Positions 11,801 through 22,830 are shown, counted from the stretch's first letter. The stretch is DNA of 32,000 nucleotides from Prochlorococcus marinus str. NATL2A (GCF_000012465.1 NC_007335.2:1560001-1592000), one strand, 5' to 3'. Program-made: numbers and translations. The notes: generated by a model not told the origin, from the sequence alone.

Positions 11801-13420
11801 GAAGGAGGACAATTACCTGGGCCAAAGGTTGATGAATACATAGCAAGGCTTCGTAATAGCAAGCCAGGAGTAGCTCTTATTTCTCCTCCTCCTCATCATG
11901 ATATCTATTCCATAGAGGATCTTGCCCAACTTATTCATGACCTACATCAAATAAATCCAACTGCAAAAGTTAGTGTGAAATTAGTTGCTGAGATAGGGAT
12001 TGGCACAATTGCAGGAGGAGTAGCTAAAGCCAATGCTGATGTCATCCAAATTTCAGGACATGATGGCGGTACGGGCGCATCTCCACTTAGTTCAATCAAA
12101 CATGCTGGTTTGCCATGGGAACTTGGATTAACGGAAGTTCATCGCTCTTTATTAGAAAATGGTCTTCGCGAAAGGGTTTTATTAAGAGCAGATGGAGGTC
12201 TAAAGACAGGCTGGGATGTGGTCATAGCAGCTTTACTTGGAGCAGAAGAATATGGCTTTGGAACAGTCGCAATGATTGCCGAAGGTTGCATAATGGCGAG
12301 GATTTGCCACACAAACAAATGTCCAGTCGGTGTAGCAACTCAGCAAGAAGGCTTAAGAAAAAGATTCCCTGGATTACCTGAACATGTCGTTAACTTTTTC
12401 ATCTTCGTAGCTGAGGAAGTCAGACAATTGATGAGTCAAGTTGGAGTAGCAAAAGTCGAGGATCTAATTGGAAGAACAGATCTATTAATCCCACGGAATA
12501 TAGACTTAACAAAAACAAAAAAAGTTGACCTATCTAGCCTTCTCAAACCTATAGATAACCCAACAGATCGTTCATGGTTAAGCCACGAAATTGAAGCTCA
12601 TAGCAATGGAGAGGTTCTTGAAAATGCCCTACTCAAAGATAAAGAAGTTTCTAATGCAATTCAAACTCAGGGAAGTATTACTAAAGAAATTCCTATTGTT
12701 AATACAGATAGAAGTGTTTGTGCACGAATCTCTGGAGAGATAGCTAAAAAATATGGAAATAAAGGTTTTAATGGGAATTTAAATTTGATATTTAAAGGTT
12801 CAGCGGGGCAAAGCTTTGGTGCATTTATTTTAAAAGGAATGAATATTTCTTTGATTGGAGAAGCTAATGATTATGTAGGAAAAGGCATTAACGGAGGTTC
12901 CATTACGATTGTTCCTGAAATTATTAATGACACATCTAACACTCAGGTGATACTTGGCAACACATGTCTATATGGAGCAACTGGTGGAAAATTATTCGCC
13001 CTTGGAATAGCTGGGGAACGTTTTGGTGTTCGCAATAGTGGAGCTCATGCTGTTATTGAAGGAGCTGGAGACCATTGTTGCGAATATATGACTGGAGGAG
13101 TAGTTGTTGTGCTTGGAAAAACTGGAAGAAATATAGGAGCAGGAATGACTGGAGGCATAGCTTTTATTCTTGATAAAAAAAATGAACTTGACTTAAGAAT
13201 GAATAAAGAAATTGTTGAGGTCCATCCTCTAACTGCAACTAACCATGAACAATTCTTAAATGACTTAATTTATGAATATCATCAGAAAACGAAAAGTCCA
13301 TTAGCACAAAAGATTCTCGCAGACTGGTCTTCATGGAAGGAATTATTTAAAGCAGTAGTTCCTCCAAGCGAAAAAAGTAAACTAGGTATTGAGGAAGTGC
13401 TTGAGAAAGCTACAATTTAG
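8831..13420 (+). CDS. glsF: Ferredoxin-dependent glutamate synthase (Fd-GOGAT)
   Basis: 1529-aa single-subunit enzyme. It has the Ntn-amidotransferase catalytic Cys after a short propeptide (KDS-CGVGFIA), central and FMN domains (GGKSNSGEGGE, QGAKPGEGGQLPG, ISGHDGGTGASP) and a C-terminal GXGXG beta-helix domain. The size matches the cyanobacterial/plastid ferredoxin-dependent type. Confidence 0.97.
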   Translation: MHQRISRSNWPYCDSTYPDAFSGEKDSCGVGFIASVEGKQNHWVLTQALRGLSCMEHRGGCGGDSDSGDGAGILCEIPWSYFKQVWDKAKHCEPQASGIGMIFMPKDLKNRELAKKICEQEAESLGLTSKGWRDVPVHEEVLGKLARENEPFITQWIVDIKDKEINLEALLFRLRQRISNRANIELKEDELGLYICSLSSKTIVYKGMVRSEILAPFYNDLKDDRFEVSYAVYHRRFSTNTLPKWPLAQPMRLLGHNGEINTLLGNINWAKATETDISSVWKENANDLKPIVDNLYSDSANLDLNLELLVRSGRPITDSLLTLIPEAFRDQPELINKPEITAFYEYAAGTQEPWDGPALIVFTDGTNIGATLDRNGLRPARYCITKNGYVVMGSETGVVELEEDVIQEKGRLGPGQMLAVDLESKRILRNWDVKEESANRYPYLDWLKANRINLNNQSWEINNKFDKQKLLQYQIAFGFSAEDFDYIINSMAANAKEPTYCMGDDIPLAILSNKSHILYDYFKQRFAQVTNPPIDPLREKLVTSLEMNLGVRKAPLRPKEESARLIHLESPILNEKELNSIKNSELSCKQISTLIPINDDKIILEEGLKNLCKEAEDSVINGREILILSDRDINRENSYIPPLLAVGAVHHHLLRKGLRLKTSIIIDTAQCWSTHHIACLIGFGASAICPWLTWETTRHWWQLPKTQKLISDGKLSNLSIEIAQDNVKKAMEDGLRKILSKIGISVLASYHGAQIFEAIGIGADLIDLAFKGTTSRIAGLTLSELSIETISFHKKAFPELEQKKLDFNGFVQYRNSGEFHLNNPEMSKILHAAVKAGPEYDHFKTYQQLLENRPATTLRDLLTFKTATQPLPLDQIESVENICQRFCTGGMSLGALSREAHEVLAIAMNRIGGKSNSGEGGEDPARFNVLEDVDENNQSKTLPNLKGLLNGDTACSAIKQIASGRFGVTPEYLTSGKQLEIKVAQGAKPGEGGQLPGPKVDEYIARLRNSKPGVALISPPPHHDIYSIEDLAQLIHDLHQINPTAKVSVKLVAEIGIGTIAGGVAKANADVIQISGHDGGTGASPLSSIKHAGLPWELGLTEVHRSLLENGLRERVLLRADGGLKTGWDVVIAALLGAEEYGFGTVAMIAEGCIMARICHTNKCPVGVATQQEGLRKRFPGLPEHVVNFFIFVAEEVRQLMSQVGVAKVEDLIGRTDLLIPRNIDLTKTKKVDLSSLLKPIDNPTDRSWLSHEIEAHSNGEVLENALLKDKEVSNAIQTQGSITKEIPIVNTDRSVCARISGEIAKKYGNKGFNGNLNLIFKGSAGQSFGAFILKGMNISLIGEANDYVGKGINGGSITIVPEIINDTSNTQVILGNTCLYGATGGKLFALGIAGERFGVRNSGAHAVIEGAGDHCCEYMTGGVVVVLGKTGRNIGAGMTGGIAFILDKKNELDLRMNKEIVEVHPLTATNHEQFLNDLIYEYHQKTKSPLAQKILADWSSWKELFKAVVPPSEKSKLGIEEVLEKATI

Positions 13421-13430
13421 ATAGACAAGA

Positions 13431-13757
13431 ATGCCGATATTTATTAAGACAGAGAAGTTTAAAGATAAAACTTTAAAATTATCTAATAGTGAAAGGAAAA
13501 AATTCTTATTAATGCATAAAGAATGGGTCAAAGGTATTACTAACTCAGGCCATTACATCCATAGCGGATATTTAATAAATGACAAAAAGATGCCAGGCGG
13601 CGGCGGTTTATTAATTTTTGAAGCGAAGGACTTTTTAACAGCTAAAAAAATTGTAGAAAATGATCCAATGATTAAGTATGAGTTAGTTTCTTGGGATCTT
13701 CAAGAATGGATATCAATTGACGGAAGTCAACCAAAGTTTTCAAATTATCTTGGATGA
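13431..13757 (+). CDS. YciI-like (YCII domain) protein
   Basis: 108 aa. The pattern [31 protein letters not shown] resembles the YciI family core. Its 3' end overlaps the lipA 3' end by 13 nt (convergent genes). Confidence 0.6.
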   Translation: MPIFIKTEKFKDKTLKLSNSERKKFLLMHKEWVKGITNSGHYIHSGYLINDKKMPGGGGLLIFEAKDFLTAKKIVENDPMIKYELVSWDLQEWISIDGSQPKFSNYLG

Positions 13758-14614
13758 GACATCATTAATTTTTTAACTTCTCCAGCGTGATAACTACTTC
13801 TAGTTAATGGTGAACTAATGACCTGTAAAAATCCTAATTTATTTTCTCCCTCAACACGATAACTATCAAATTGCGAAGGGGAAACAAATCTATTAACAGG
13901 TAAATGTTTTGGTCCTGGTGATAAATATTGCCCAATAGTTACTATATCAACTTTATTTAAATGGAGATCACTTAGAACACTCAAAATCTCATCATCTGTC
14001 TCCCCTAATCCAGCCATTAAACCTGATTTTGTATAGACTCTTGGCCAACCTTCCCGAACTCTTTTTAATAATTCTAAAGACCTTTCATATTTCCCTTGAG
14101 GTCTAACTCTTGGATATAGCCTCGGAACTGTCTCGATATTGTGATTAAGGACATTTGGCGCAGCATCCAAGATAACTTTCAAAGCATCCCAATTTCCGCA
14201 AAGATCTGGGATTAAGACTTCAATAGAAGTAAAAGGAGATTTACTTTGCACAGCCTTAATACATTTCAAAAATTGACTAGCGCCTCCATCTTCTAAATCA
14301 TCACGATTAACGGAAGTTATGACGACATGCGTTAAGCCCATTCTGTAAACAGCTTCACCTAGACGATCAGGTTCTGATGGGTCTAAAAGCCTTTTTGAAT
14401 TATCAAATGAAATATCGCAATAAGGACATTTTCTCGTGCAAGCAGGTCCCATTATTAAGAAAGTAGCAGTACCTCCTGCAAAACACTCTCCAATATTTGG
14501 ACAACTTGCTTCCTGACAAACTGTATTGAGTTTTAAATCAACTAATAAATCAGCAACATTACCAATCCTCTCTTGCTGTGGTGCTTTAACACGTAGCCAG
14601 TCTGGTTTAAGCAA
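13745..14614 (-). CDS. lipA: Lipoyl synthase
   Basis: 289 aa with the N-terminal auxiliary cluster motif [12 protein letters not shown] and the radical-SAM motif CTRKCPYC. Confidence 0.95.
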   Translation of the reverse strand: MLKPDWLRVKAPQQERIGNVADLLVDLKLNTVCQEASCPNIGECFAGGTATFLIMGPACTRKCPYCDISFDNSKRLLDPSEPDRLGEAVYRMGLTHVVITSVNRDDLEDGGASQFLKCIKAVQSKSPFTSIEVLIPDLCGNWDALKVILDAAPNVLNHNIETVPRLYPRVRPQGKYERSLELLKRVREGWPRVYTKSGLMAGLGETDDEILSVLSDLHLNKVDIVTIGQYLSPGPKHLPVNRFVSPSQFDSYRVEGENKLGFLQVISSPLTRSSYHAGEVKKLMMSHPR

Positions 14615-14751
14615 AGCTCTTTTAATAACAAACTAACTTTAGAAAGAATTTCCAGATTGACTTGATTTTTTAACGTCTTCTCAACTTGACAAGCAAAAAT
14701 AAGCCTAAAACAAAGTATTCGATTTTCTAGTTAGAAGAAGTAAACAAAAAA

Positions 14752-16533
14752 TTAATTAGAAAAATAACCTCTTGGCGTTAAAAATTTATTGTTTTTGATC
14801 ACACTTTGACTATTACCAATAACCAAAATCGTAAGCATATCTACCCGATCAAATGGCAATGTTTCCAGAGTATGTATTTCTATACTTTCCTCTGGCCTCC
14901 CAAGCTGCCGAGCAATAGCAACAGGCGTACTTGGGTTGCGACATTCAAGTAATAAATCAACAGTCTTTTTTAACTGCCAATCACGTTTTATTGATTTCGG
15001 GTTAAATATTGCAAGAACAAAGTCACCTATAGCTGCACTTTTTATTCTTTTCTCAATTTGATTCCATGGAGTCAAAAGATCACTCAAAGAAATAGAACAA
15101 AAATCATGCATAAAAGGAGCTCCTAGTTTTGCAGCAGCCATTTGAAAAGAGCTAATACCTGGATGAACTTCAAATAAAGGTCTGGAATCAAGCCTTTCAT
15201 TTAGCCAAAGATCAAGTGCCAATCCTGCCATGCCATAAATTCCACTGTCGCCAGAAGAAATAAGACCAACCTTTACTCCCTGTTTTGCAAGATCAAGAGC
15301 ATGCTGACAACGATCTTTTTCAAAAGTTAATTTGGAATCAATTCGAACCTGATCATGACCTCGAATTGATTCCAAATAATTTAAGTAAGGACCATAACCG
15401 ATCCAAACAGCACATCTAGTTAAAGCTTGGCGTGAGTCAGAAGTAAGCATTTTCAAGTCTCCAGGGCCACTACCAATCAAATGCAACTCTCCTTTATGAG
15501 GGGCAAAAGGGTTTTCAACCTCAGCCAATGCAATTGTTACGGCACCAGATTCCTCTTCCTTGGAATAATAGATTTGTTTATTTTGTATTAACCTTCCACG
15601 ATGATCTCCTGCCAAAAGTGCTGCAGCTTCAGCGACTGAAGGAGTTCCCATTTCATTCAACACTACATTTGAAGGAGTAGGCACGTTGACTTTTGAAAGT
15701 TCAAAGGCACTAAAAAAATAAATTGGCCATTCATGTTTTTTTGACAAACTCAATAATCCTATTTCATCATTTTTTCTATCGATAGTTGCTAAACCAGAGA
15801 TTGAAAGAAGTGATAAACCATTTTGATTAAAAGATTGATTAATAGCTCGTTGAATGACCTTTTCATCTGTATTTCTCTCACAGCCAATGCCAATGATTAT
15901 TGTCGGGGGATGCCATGAACATTTATTCCTATTTTCTTGACCTATATAAAGATCGATATTTTCGAAAGAAATTGGATCATTTTTTTCTAAAAAAGAAAAA
16001 TTGGAACAACCCTTTAATTGCTGCCACAATTTTGACCCTTTGGATTGAAAAACAATATTTTTTTGTTCTTTAGACTGACTAATCATTAACTTTCGCCAAC
16101 CGACAACCTCCCCTCCTCTTTTCCAACCCCATCCTTCACCAAAACAATCCAAAGGGATTCTGCTTTCTGTGAATGAATCTGAGGTGCAAATCACTTCTGC
16201 TTCTAAAGCAGCTGCTAACTCACTAGCAAATCGATCTCCTCCTTGCTTATGTCCTCCTAAAAGAGTAATAACATTTTTTGCTTTTGAATCCGTTACCAAT
16301 ATTGCTGGATCATTTTCTTTAGATCGAATAAAAGGAGCTATAAGCCTAACTACAGCGCCGATTGAACCTACAAAAATTAATTTATTATTGCCCTGCCATT
16401 GATCTTTTAGAAAATCAATTGGTGAGGATTCAACTAAACCATCAATTTTTTTTTCTAAGGAAAGAGTTGAACCAACAGATATAAAAATTTGATCTACATG
16501 TTTTGATGCTTGTAATCTCTCAAGCAAAGGCAA
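14752..16533 (-). CDS. cobJ: Cobalamin biosynthesis CbiG / precorrin-3B C17-methyltransferase (CobJ/CbiH-like) fusion
   Basis: 593 aa. The N-terminal ~340 aa are CbiG-like. The C-terminal tetrapyrrole methylase domain starts at GELHLIGSGPGD. The track start is TTG; the frame stays open and protein-like for 27 more codons upstream (to 16614) with no ATG/GTG/TTG, so the true start is uncertain. Confidence 0.85.
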   Translation of the reverse strand: MPLLERLQASKHVDQIFISVGSTLSLEKKIDGLVESSPIDFLKDQWQGNNKLIFVGSIGAVVRLIAPFIRSKENDPAILVTDSKAKNVITLLGGHKQGGDRFASELAAALEAEVICTSDSFTESRIPLDCFGEGWGWKRGGEVVGWRKLMISQSKEQKNIVFQSKGSKLWQQLKGCSNFSFLEKNDPISFENIDLYIGQENRNKCSWHPPTIIIGIGCERNTDEKVIQRAINQSFNQNGLSLLSISGLATIDRKNDEIGLLSLSKKHEWPIYFFSAFELSKVNVPTPSNVVLNEMGTPSVAEAAALLAGDHRGRLIQNKQIYYSKEEESGAVTIALAEVENPFAPHKGELHLIGSGPGDLKMLTSDSRQALTRCAVWIGYGPYLNYLESIRGHDQVRIDSKLTFEKDRCQHALDLAKQGVKVGLISSGDSGIYGMAGLALDLWLNERLDSRPLFEVHPGISSFQMAAAKLGAPFMHDFCSISLSDLLTPWNQIEKRIKSAAIGDFVLAIFNPKSIKRDWQLKKTVDLLLECRNPSTPVAIARQLGRPEESIEIHTLETLPFDRVDMLTILVIGNSQSVIKNNKFLTPRGYFSN

Positions 16534-17048
16534 AGAGCTTAAAGAAAATCCAAATGCAATCCTTTTTGGGGTTTTAACTAATGTTTTTTCCAGAACGAGA
16601 GATAAAATAAATTTTTATTTATCTATATAAGGTAGCTTCTTTAAGAAAGCTTTAGTAAAAATCAAACATCAAAAACCGTGAAATAGTCTTTAAACAAATT
16701 TATTGAAATCAATAAAAAGCTCTTATCAAGAAATCAAATAGTATTTTTACCTAGCTATTAGCATCCAATTAAACTTTGCTGAGCCAAGAAAGCCTTATAT
16801 GACAAATGTTTTCTCTAATTAATATCTATAAGAAGTAAAGCCCCTAGGCCTAAAAAACTTGCTTGCCTGCACTCCACGAAAGGCAAAGATTTACTAATTA
16901 AGAAAAACCGTGGATTCAATGACCACTTAAGAATAAAAGTGTAGAACATTTGTTACATGCTTCCGTAGTAACTGACTGTCTACTTTATGCTTATCACATA
17001 ACCCTTATATAGGTTTTCAAGTAACTTCAAAGGTAGGTCTTGAATGCC

Positions 17049-17129
17049 TGAAATCTTTCACCAAAGTAATTTCACTTCATAAGTAAAATTACTTGCTAAA
17101 GATTTCACCCTAATCTTTCCAAGATTAGG
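17049..17129 (+). promoter_or_regulatory. Structured element in the psaA 5' leader (nested long hairpin plus a second 9-bp hairpin)
   Basis: TGAAATCTTT (17049-17058) pairs with AAAGATTTCA (17098-17107). Nested inside, AAGTAATTT (17064-17072) pairs with AAATTACTT (17086-17094). A second hairpin, CCTAATCTT/AAGATTAGG, spans 17109-17129 with a 3-nt loop and ends ~40 nt before the psaA ATG. Confidence 0.3.
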
Positions 17130-17168
17130 CCCCCCAAACCTCGATCACATTCCTGAAGGAATCACTCG

Positions 17169-19475
17169 ATGACCATTAGCCCACCAGAAAAAGAACAAAA
17201 AAAAGAACCGGTTCTCGATAAACCTATCGAAACTGATGCAATCCCTGTAGATTTTTCCAAGCTTGATAAGCCTGGTTTTTGGTCAAAATCCCTTGCTAAA
17301 GGGCCAAAGACTACTACATGGATATGGAATCTTCATGCTGATGCGCATGATTTTGATACTCATGTTGGAGATCTCCAAGAAACCAGTAGAAAAGTATTTT
17401 CTGCTCATTTTGGACATCTAGCAGTCATCTTTATTTGGATGAGTGCAGCTTTTTTCCATGGAGCTCGCTTTTCTAATTATTCTGGATGGCTCTCTGATCC
17501 AACTCATGTCAAGCCAGGAGCACAAGTTGTTTGGCCAATAGTTGGTCAGGAGATGCTTAATGCGGATTTAGGCGGTAATTATCACGGTATTCAGATCACT
17601 TCTGGAATTTTTCAGATGTGGAGAGGCTGGGGAATTACCAATGAAACCGAGCTCATGGCTTTAGCTATTGGTGCACTACTAATGGCAGCCATAATGTTGC
17701 ACGGTGGCATATATCACTATCACAAAGCTGCTCCCAAGCTTGATTGGTTTAGAAATCTAGAGTCTATGCTCAATCACCACATAGCTGGTCTAGTGGGATT
17801 GGGTTCGATTGCATGGGCTGGACATTGCATTCACATTGGTGCACCTACAGCAGCACTCATGGATGCAATTGATGCAGGAAAGCCTCTAATTATTGATGGA
17901 ATTCCAATTGCTTCGATTGCGGACATGCCTCTGCCCCACGAGCTTTGCAATCCTGCTATTGCTAGTCAAATATTCCCTGGCCTCGCTGGAAGAACAGTTG
18001 AAAATTTCTTTACGACTAATTGGTGGGCGTTTAGTGATTTCCTAACTTTCAAAGGTGGTCTAAATCCAGTTACTGGTAGCTTATGGATGACAGATATTTC
18101 TCATCATCATTTAGCTTTTGGAGTACTAGCTGTATTGGGCGGTCATCTATATAGAACAATGTTTGGCATTGGCCATAGCCTGAAAGAAATACTAGATAAT
18201 CATGCTGGAGATCCAATTCTTTTCCCTGCTCCAAATGGTCATAAAGGGATTTATGAGTTTTTAGCTAATAGTTGGCATGCTCAGCTTGGTTTAAACCTTG
18301 CAATGATTGGCTCCTTGAGCATCATCATTTCCCATCACATGTATGCGATGCCCCCATATCCGTACTTGTCGATTGATTACCCAACTGTCCTAGGTCTATT
18401 CACTCACCACATGTGGATAGGAGGATTATTCATTGTTGGTGCAGCAGCTCATGCTGGTATTGCAATGATTAGAGACTATGACCCAGCTGTTCATATTGAT
18501 AACGTTCTAGACAGAATCTTGAAAGCAAGAGATGCATTAATTAGTCATCTGAATTGGGCTTGCATGTTCTTAGGTTTCCATAGTTTTGGTCTTTATATTC
18601 ATAACGATGTAATGCGTGCATTAGGAAGACCTGCAGATATGTTCAGTGATACAGGAATCCAACTTCAACCTGTTTTTGCTCAGTGGATTCAAAATATTCA
18701 TAATTCAGCAGCTGGTTCTACCACTCTTGCTGGTGCAAACGTAAGCCTTCAACCTGGATTAGTTAGTGAAGTTTTTAATGGTTCCGTAAGTCAAGTTGGA
18801 GGAAAAATTGGAATCGCTCCTATACCTTTAGGAACTGCTGATTTCATGATTCACCATATCCATGCTTTTACTATCCACGTAACCCTTCTGATTCTTCTAA
18901 AAGGAGTTTTATTCGCAAGGAGCTCCAGACTAATTCCTGACAAAGCGAATCTTGGATTTAGATTCCCATGTGATGGACCAGGAAGAGGAGGTACATGCCA
19001 AGTTTCATCTTGGGATCATGTTTTCCTTGGATTGTTCTGGATGTATAACGGCTTATCAGTAGTTATCTTCCACTTCTCATGGAAGATGCAAAGTGATGTA
19101 TGGGGTCTAACAGGAGGAAACTTTGCTCAAAGTTCCATAACTATCAATGGATGGCTTAGAGATTTCCTATGGGCTCAGTCATCTCAGGTCCTAACAAGTT
19201 ATGGTCAACCTATAAGCATGTACGGTTTGATGTTCTTAGGAGCTCATTTCGTTTGGGCATTTAGTCTTATGTTCCTATTTAGTGGACGTGGTTACTGGCA
19301 AGAGTTATTTGAGTCAATCATTTGGGCTCATAATAAACTTAACTTGGCTCCAACCATCCAACCAAGGGCTTTATCTATCACTCAAGGTCGCGCAGTAGGA
19401 GCAGCTCATTTCCTTCTTGGAGGAATTGCTACAACTTGGGCCTTCTTCCATGCTCGCTTAATTGGTCTCGGCTGA
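17169..19475 (+). CDS. psaA: Photosystem I P700 apoprotein A1
   Basis: 768 aa with [22 protein letters not shown] and the [12 protein letters not shown] Fx-cluster loop. Full-length PsaA. Confidence 0.99.
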   Translation: MTISPPEKEQKKEPVLDKPIETDAIPVDFSKLDKPGFWSKSLAKGPKTTTWIWNLHADAHDFDTHVGDLQETSRKVFSAHFGHLAVIFIWMSAAFFHGARFSNYSGWLSDPTHVKPGAQVVWPIVGQEMLNADLGGNYHGIQITSGIFQMWRGWGITNETELMALAIGALLMAAIMLHGGIYHYHKAAPKLDWFRNLESMLNHHIAGLVGLGSIAWAGHCIHIGAPTAALMDAIDAGKPLIIDGIPIASIADMPLPHELCNPAIASQIFPGLAGRTVENFFTTNWWAFSDFLTFKGGLNPVTGSLWMTDISHHHLAFGVLAVLGGHLYRTMFGIGHSLKEILDNHAGDPILFPAPNGHKGIYEFLANSWHAQLGLNLAMIGSLSIIISHHMYAMPPYPYLSIDYPTVLGLFTHHMWIGGLFIVGAAAHAGIAMIRDYDPAVHIDNVLDRILKARDALISHLNWACMFLGFHSFGLYIHNDVMRALGRPADMFSDTGIQLQPVFAQWIQNIHNSAAGSTTLAGANVSLQPGLVSEVFNGSVSQVGGKIGIAPIPLGTADFMIHHIHAFTIHVTLLILLKGVLFARSSRLIPDKANLGFRFPCDGPGRGGTCQVSSWDHVFLGLFWMYNGLSVVIFHFSWKMQSDVWGLTGGNFAQSSITINGWLRDFLWAQSSQVLTSYGQPISMYGLMFLGAHFVWAFSLMFLFSGRGYWQELFESIIWAHNKLNLAPTIQPRALSITQGRAVGAAHFLLGGIATTWAFFHARLIGLG

Positions 19476-19499
19476 CCCTCTCTGATTTTTTATAAAATA

Positions 19500-21728
19500 A
19501 TGGCAACTAAATTTCCATCTTTTAGTCAGGGTCTTGCTCAAGACCCTACAACCAGAAGAATCTGGTACGGCATAGCTACTGCCCATGATTTCGAAAGTCA
19601 TGACGGCATGACTGAGGAGCAGTTATATCAAAAACTCTTCTCTACTCATTTTGGTCACTTGGCCATAATTGGCCTTTGGGTGGCTGGCAACCTTTTTCAC
19701 ATTGCTTGGCAAGGAAACTTTGAGCAATGGGTTCTAGATCCACTCCACACGCGTCCAATTGCACATGCGATATGGGATCCACATTTTGGACAAGGACTTA
19801 CTGATGCACTAACTCAAGCTGGAGCGACTTCTCCAGTCAACATTGCTTACTCAGGCCTATACCATTGGTGGTACACCATCGGCATGAGAACTAATGAACA
19901 GCTTTTTCAAGGTGCGATCTTTATAAACATCCTTGTTTGTTGGTTATTGTTTGCAGGATGGCTTCATCTTCAACCTAAGTACAGACCCTCATTAGCATGG
20001 TTCAAAAATGCTGAGTCTCAGTTAAATCATCACTTGGCTGTTCTTTTTGGATTCAGTAGCATCGCTTGGACAGGTCACTTAATTCATGTGGCCATCCCTG
20101 AGTCAAGGGGTATACACGTTGGCTGGGAAAATTGGTTAACTGTTATGCCTCATCCAGAAGGTTTAACTCCTTTCTTCTCAGGAAATTGGGGAGCTTATGC
20201 TCAAAACCCTGATTCTATTGATGCAGTTTTCGGAACTTCTCAAGGAGCTGGAACAGCAATATTTACTTTTCTTGGTGGTCTTCATCCTCAAAGTGAATCA
20301 CTTTGGCTAACAGATATTGCTCATCATCATTTAGCTATAGGAGTTGTATTTATAATTGCTGGACATATGTATAGGACTAACTTTGGCATAGGTCATAGTC
20401 TCAAGGAAATTATTGAAGCGCATAATACAAGTCACCCAAAGGATCCACATAGAGGTTATTTCGGGATAAAGCACAACGGTCTTTTCGAGACAGTTAACAA
20501 TTCACTCCATTTTCAGCTTGGACTAGCACTTGCTTCTTTAGGAGTTGCTTGCAGCTTAGTTGCTCAGCATATGGGTGCATTGCCTTCATATGCATTTATC
20601 GCAAGGGATTACACAACTCAGTCAGCTCTATATACCCATCATCAATACATAGCAATGTTCTTGATGGTTGGTGCGTTCTCTCACGGAGCAATTTTCTTTG
20701 TCAGAGATTATGATCCAGAGCTTAATAAAGACAATGTTCTAGCAAGAATCCTTAGTACAAAAGAAGCCTTAATTAGCCACTTAAGTTGGGTAACAATGCT
20801 TCTAGGCTTCCATACTCTTGGAATTTATGTTCACAACGATGTAGTTGTAGCCTTTGGTACACCTGAAAAGCAGATTCTTATAGAACCAGTATTTGCACAG
20901 TTCGCACAGGCTGCTAGTGGAAAAATGATGTATGGATTTAATGCGTTGCTAGCAAATGCATCAAGTTCTGCATCTATAGCTGCTAATTCCATGCCAGGTA
21001 ATCACTACTGGATGGACATGATCAATAGACCAGATGCACTAACCAATTTCTTACCTATTGGACCTGCAGATTTCTTAGTTCACCATGCGATTGCACTAGG
21101 ACTACATACAACTGCTTTGATTCTTATAAAGGGTGCTCTTGATGCTAGAGGAACAAAACTAATTCCAGATAAAAAGGATTTAGGATTTGCTTTCCCATGT
21201 GATGGACCAGGTCGTGGTGGTACTTGTGATAGTTCTTCTTGGGACGCTACTTATTTAGCAATGTTCTGGGCCTTAAATACTATTGCTTGGATTACCTTCT
21301 ATTGGCATTGGAAACATCTAGCAATTTGGATGGGTAATACCGCTCAATTCAATGAATCTGGTACCTATTTAATGGGTTGGTTTAGAGATTATCTATGGCT
21401 AAATAGTTCTCAGCTAATCAATGGATACAACCCATTTGGTGTAAATGCTTTATCTCCATGGGCTTGGATGTTCTTATTTGGTCATCTCATTTGGGCGACT
21501 GGATTTATGTTCCTCATCTCTTGGAGAGGATATTGGCAAGAACTTATTGAAACTCTTGTTTGGGCTCATCAAAGAACACCAATAGCTAATTTAGTTGGTT
21601 GGAGAGATAAGCCTGTTGCATTATCCATTGTCCAAGCACGATTAGTTGGTTTAACCCATTTCACAGTTGGAAACTTTGTAACTTTTGGTGCATTTGTTAT
21701 CGCATCTACTTCAGGTAAGTTCGGATAA
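19500..21728 (+). CDS. psaB: Photosystem I P700 apoprotein A2
   Basis: 742 aa starting [35 protein letters not shown], with the [12 protein letters not shown] loop. It starts 24 nt after psaA. Confidence 0.99.
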   Translation: MATKFPSFSQGLAQDPTTRRIWYGIATAHDFESHDGMTEEQLYQKLFSTHFGHLAIIGLWVAGNLFHIAWQGNFEQWVLDPLHTRPIAHAIWDPHFGQGLTDALTQAGATSPVNIAYSGLYHWWYTIGMRTNEQLFQGAIFINILVCWLLFAGWLHLQPKYRPSLAWFKNAESQLNHHLAVLFGFSSIAWTGHLIHVAIPESRGIHVGWENWLTVMPHPEGLTPFFSGNWGAYAQNPDSIDAVFGTSQGAGTAIFTFLGGLHPQSESLWLTDIAHHHLAIGVVFIIAGHMYRTNFGIGHSLKEIIEAHNTSHPKDPHRGYFGIKHNGLFETVNNSLHFQLGLALASLGVACSLVAQHMGALPSYAFIARDYTTQSALYTHHQYIAMFLMVGAFSHGAIFFVRDYDPELNKDNVLARILSTKEALISHLSWVTMLLGFHTLGIYVHNDVVVAFGTPEKQILIEPVFAQFAQAASGKMMYGFNALLANASSSASIAANSMPGNHYWMDMINRPDALTNFLPIGPADFLVHHAIALGLHTTALILIKGALDARGTKLIPDKKDLGFAFPCDGPGRGGTCDSSSWDATYLAMFWALNTIAWITFYWHWKHLAIWMGNTAQFNESGTYLMGWFRDYLWLNSSQLINGYNPFGVNALSPWAWMFLFGHLIWATGFMFLISWRGYWQELIETLVWAHQRTPIANLVGWRDKPVALSIVQARLVGLTHFTVGNFVTFGAFVIASTSGKFG

Positions 21729-21754
21729 ATCTATAACCAGGCTTCCAATCAAAA

Positions 21755-21787
21755 GGACACTGTCTTCAAAAGCAGTGTTCTTTTTTT
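21755..21787 (+). terminator. Rho-independent terminator of psaAB
   Basis: GGACACTG (21755-21762) pairs with CAGTGTTC (21773-21780; one G-U pair) across a 10-nt loop, followed directly by TTTTTTT (21781-21787). Confidence 0.7.
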
Positions 21788-21957
21788 ATGGGTACTAATC
21801 TCATATTTCTTAGATTATCTATTGATATTTTTAAGCAGACATATATCAATTTAATATGGAGAATTAGGCATAGAGCAATTCACAAAAACAAAAGATCAAT
21901 CTAAGGCAAAGCTTGAGAAAAGATATCATTTAATTGAAGTAAATAATTTAGAGCATT

Positions 21958-21989
21958 AAAAAGCCCCTTACCTTATCGAGGGGCTTTTT
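21958..21989 (-). terminator. Terminator downstream of psaL (bidirectional hairpin)
   Basis: AAGCCCCT (21961-21968) pairs with AGGGGCTT (21979-21986) across a 10-nt loop. An A-run lies on one side and a T-run on the other, giving a U-tract in either orientation. It sits 24 nt past the psaL stop. Confidence 0.65.
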
Positions 21990-22012
21990 ATTTAAGTTAT
22001 TATGGAAAACTT

Positions 22013-22540
22013 TTAAGCTCCAAGTAAATGATATTCCTTAATCAACGGGAGAACAGTATCTAGATGCAAAGTACCAATTAACAACCACGCAAAAACGACA
22101 CCTCCAGTGCCCCCTAACCAAAAACCATTTGTAAAATCATTCCATCCTGCTCTAGTAAATAAATCGGAAGGAGGATTAGCTACTGTTGCATCAGGAGGTT
22201 GTACGTTAGGAGCCTTACCTGCAGCATTGTAAAGAATAAAAAGAGCAGTCATTATTTGAATAGCTCCTACACCGCCAAGCAAACCTGCCGTTAAAGCAAA
22301 ATCAGTATTCCTTAGAGGCCCAGTCATAGAAAAAGGACCAAAAAGTAAATAACCAAAAATTGCACCTGTTTCTAGACCTCTGAAGTTTGGCGATAGGCCT
22401 TCTCTATAGACAGGAAGATTATTTATAACCATCTTTGTAAACCAACCACTGTTAACTGGGGTTTGAAGATTGCCAACAGTTGGGTCTGAGACTGTTTTCA
22501 CAGCCCACTTTTGCATAAGTGTTTCTTGAGATTTAGTCAT
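22013..22540 (-). CDS. psaL: Photosystem I subunit XI
   Basis: 175 aa. [19 protein letters not shown] and the following TM helices match PsaL. Confidence 0.93.
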   Translation of the reverse strand: MTKSQETLMQKWAVKTVSDPTVGNLQTPVNSGWFTKMVINNLPVYREGLSPNFRGLETGAIFGYLLFGPFSMTGPLRNTDFALTAGLLGGVGAIQIMTALFILYNAAGKAPNVQPPDATVANPPSDLFTRAGWNDFTNGFWLGGTGGVVFAWLLIGTLHLDTVLPLIKEYHLLGA

Positions 22541-22577
22541 GGGCTAAAAGAATTGGTAGAAAATTAAGTTTTTGAAA

Positions 22578-22694
22578 TTACTCAGTAGCAGTTATGTACC
22601 TACCAATCAAAACAATGAAAACGGCTGGACCCATTATTCCAACTAATGGAATCAGAATAGCGGGAAGCAAACTTGAAGCTAGTTCACTAGTCAT
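22578..22694 (-). CDS. psaI: Photosystem I subunit VIII
   Basis: Not in the ORF track because it is only 38 aa. My manual translation is MTSELASSLLPAILIPLVGIMGPAVFIVLIGRYITATE*. It is a single TM helix with the PsaI-like (A)S.LP.I.IP.VG..PAV pattern and lies 37 nt upstream of psaL on the same strand. Confidence 0.8.
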   Translation of the reverse strand: MTSELASSLLPAILIPLVGIMGPAVFIVLIGRYITATE

Positions 22695-22830
22695 TACTTA
22701 TTTCAATAAATCCACATTTATTTTATAGAATTATGATCTAATCAAACCAAATACAACACATTGATGACATAAAAGTTCAATCCGTATATCTTCTTTAACG
22801 AAGATGCATTGCTAATCATTTTTTCTCATC

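Noticed and set aside
8968-12381. Track ORFs 8968..9219 (-), 9595..9837 (-) and 12115..12381 (+) inside glsF
   Set aside because: They are fully contained in the 1529-aa Fd-GOGAT gene on other frames or the other strand. They are shadow ORFs.
16169-16402. Track ORF 16169..16402 (+) inside cbiG/cobJ. Similar cases are 24460..24678, 25482..25679, 26454..26660 and 28634..28822.
   Set aside because: They are antisense shadows of longer, better-supported ORFs and have no motifs.
16534-16800. Possible cobalamin riboswitch upstream of cbiG/cobJ
   Set aside because: The region is extremely AT-rich, with no B12-box-like GCCACTG/AGYCMGG element and no GC-rich stems.
16940-16957. NtcA-like palindrome TGTAGAACATTTGTTACA upstream of psaA
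   Set aside because: The spacing is TGTA-N10-TACA, whereas the NtcA consensus is GTA-N8-TAC. No correctly spaced site was found here or upstream of glsF.
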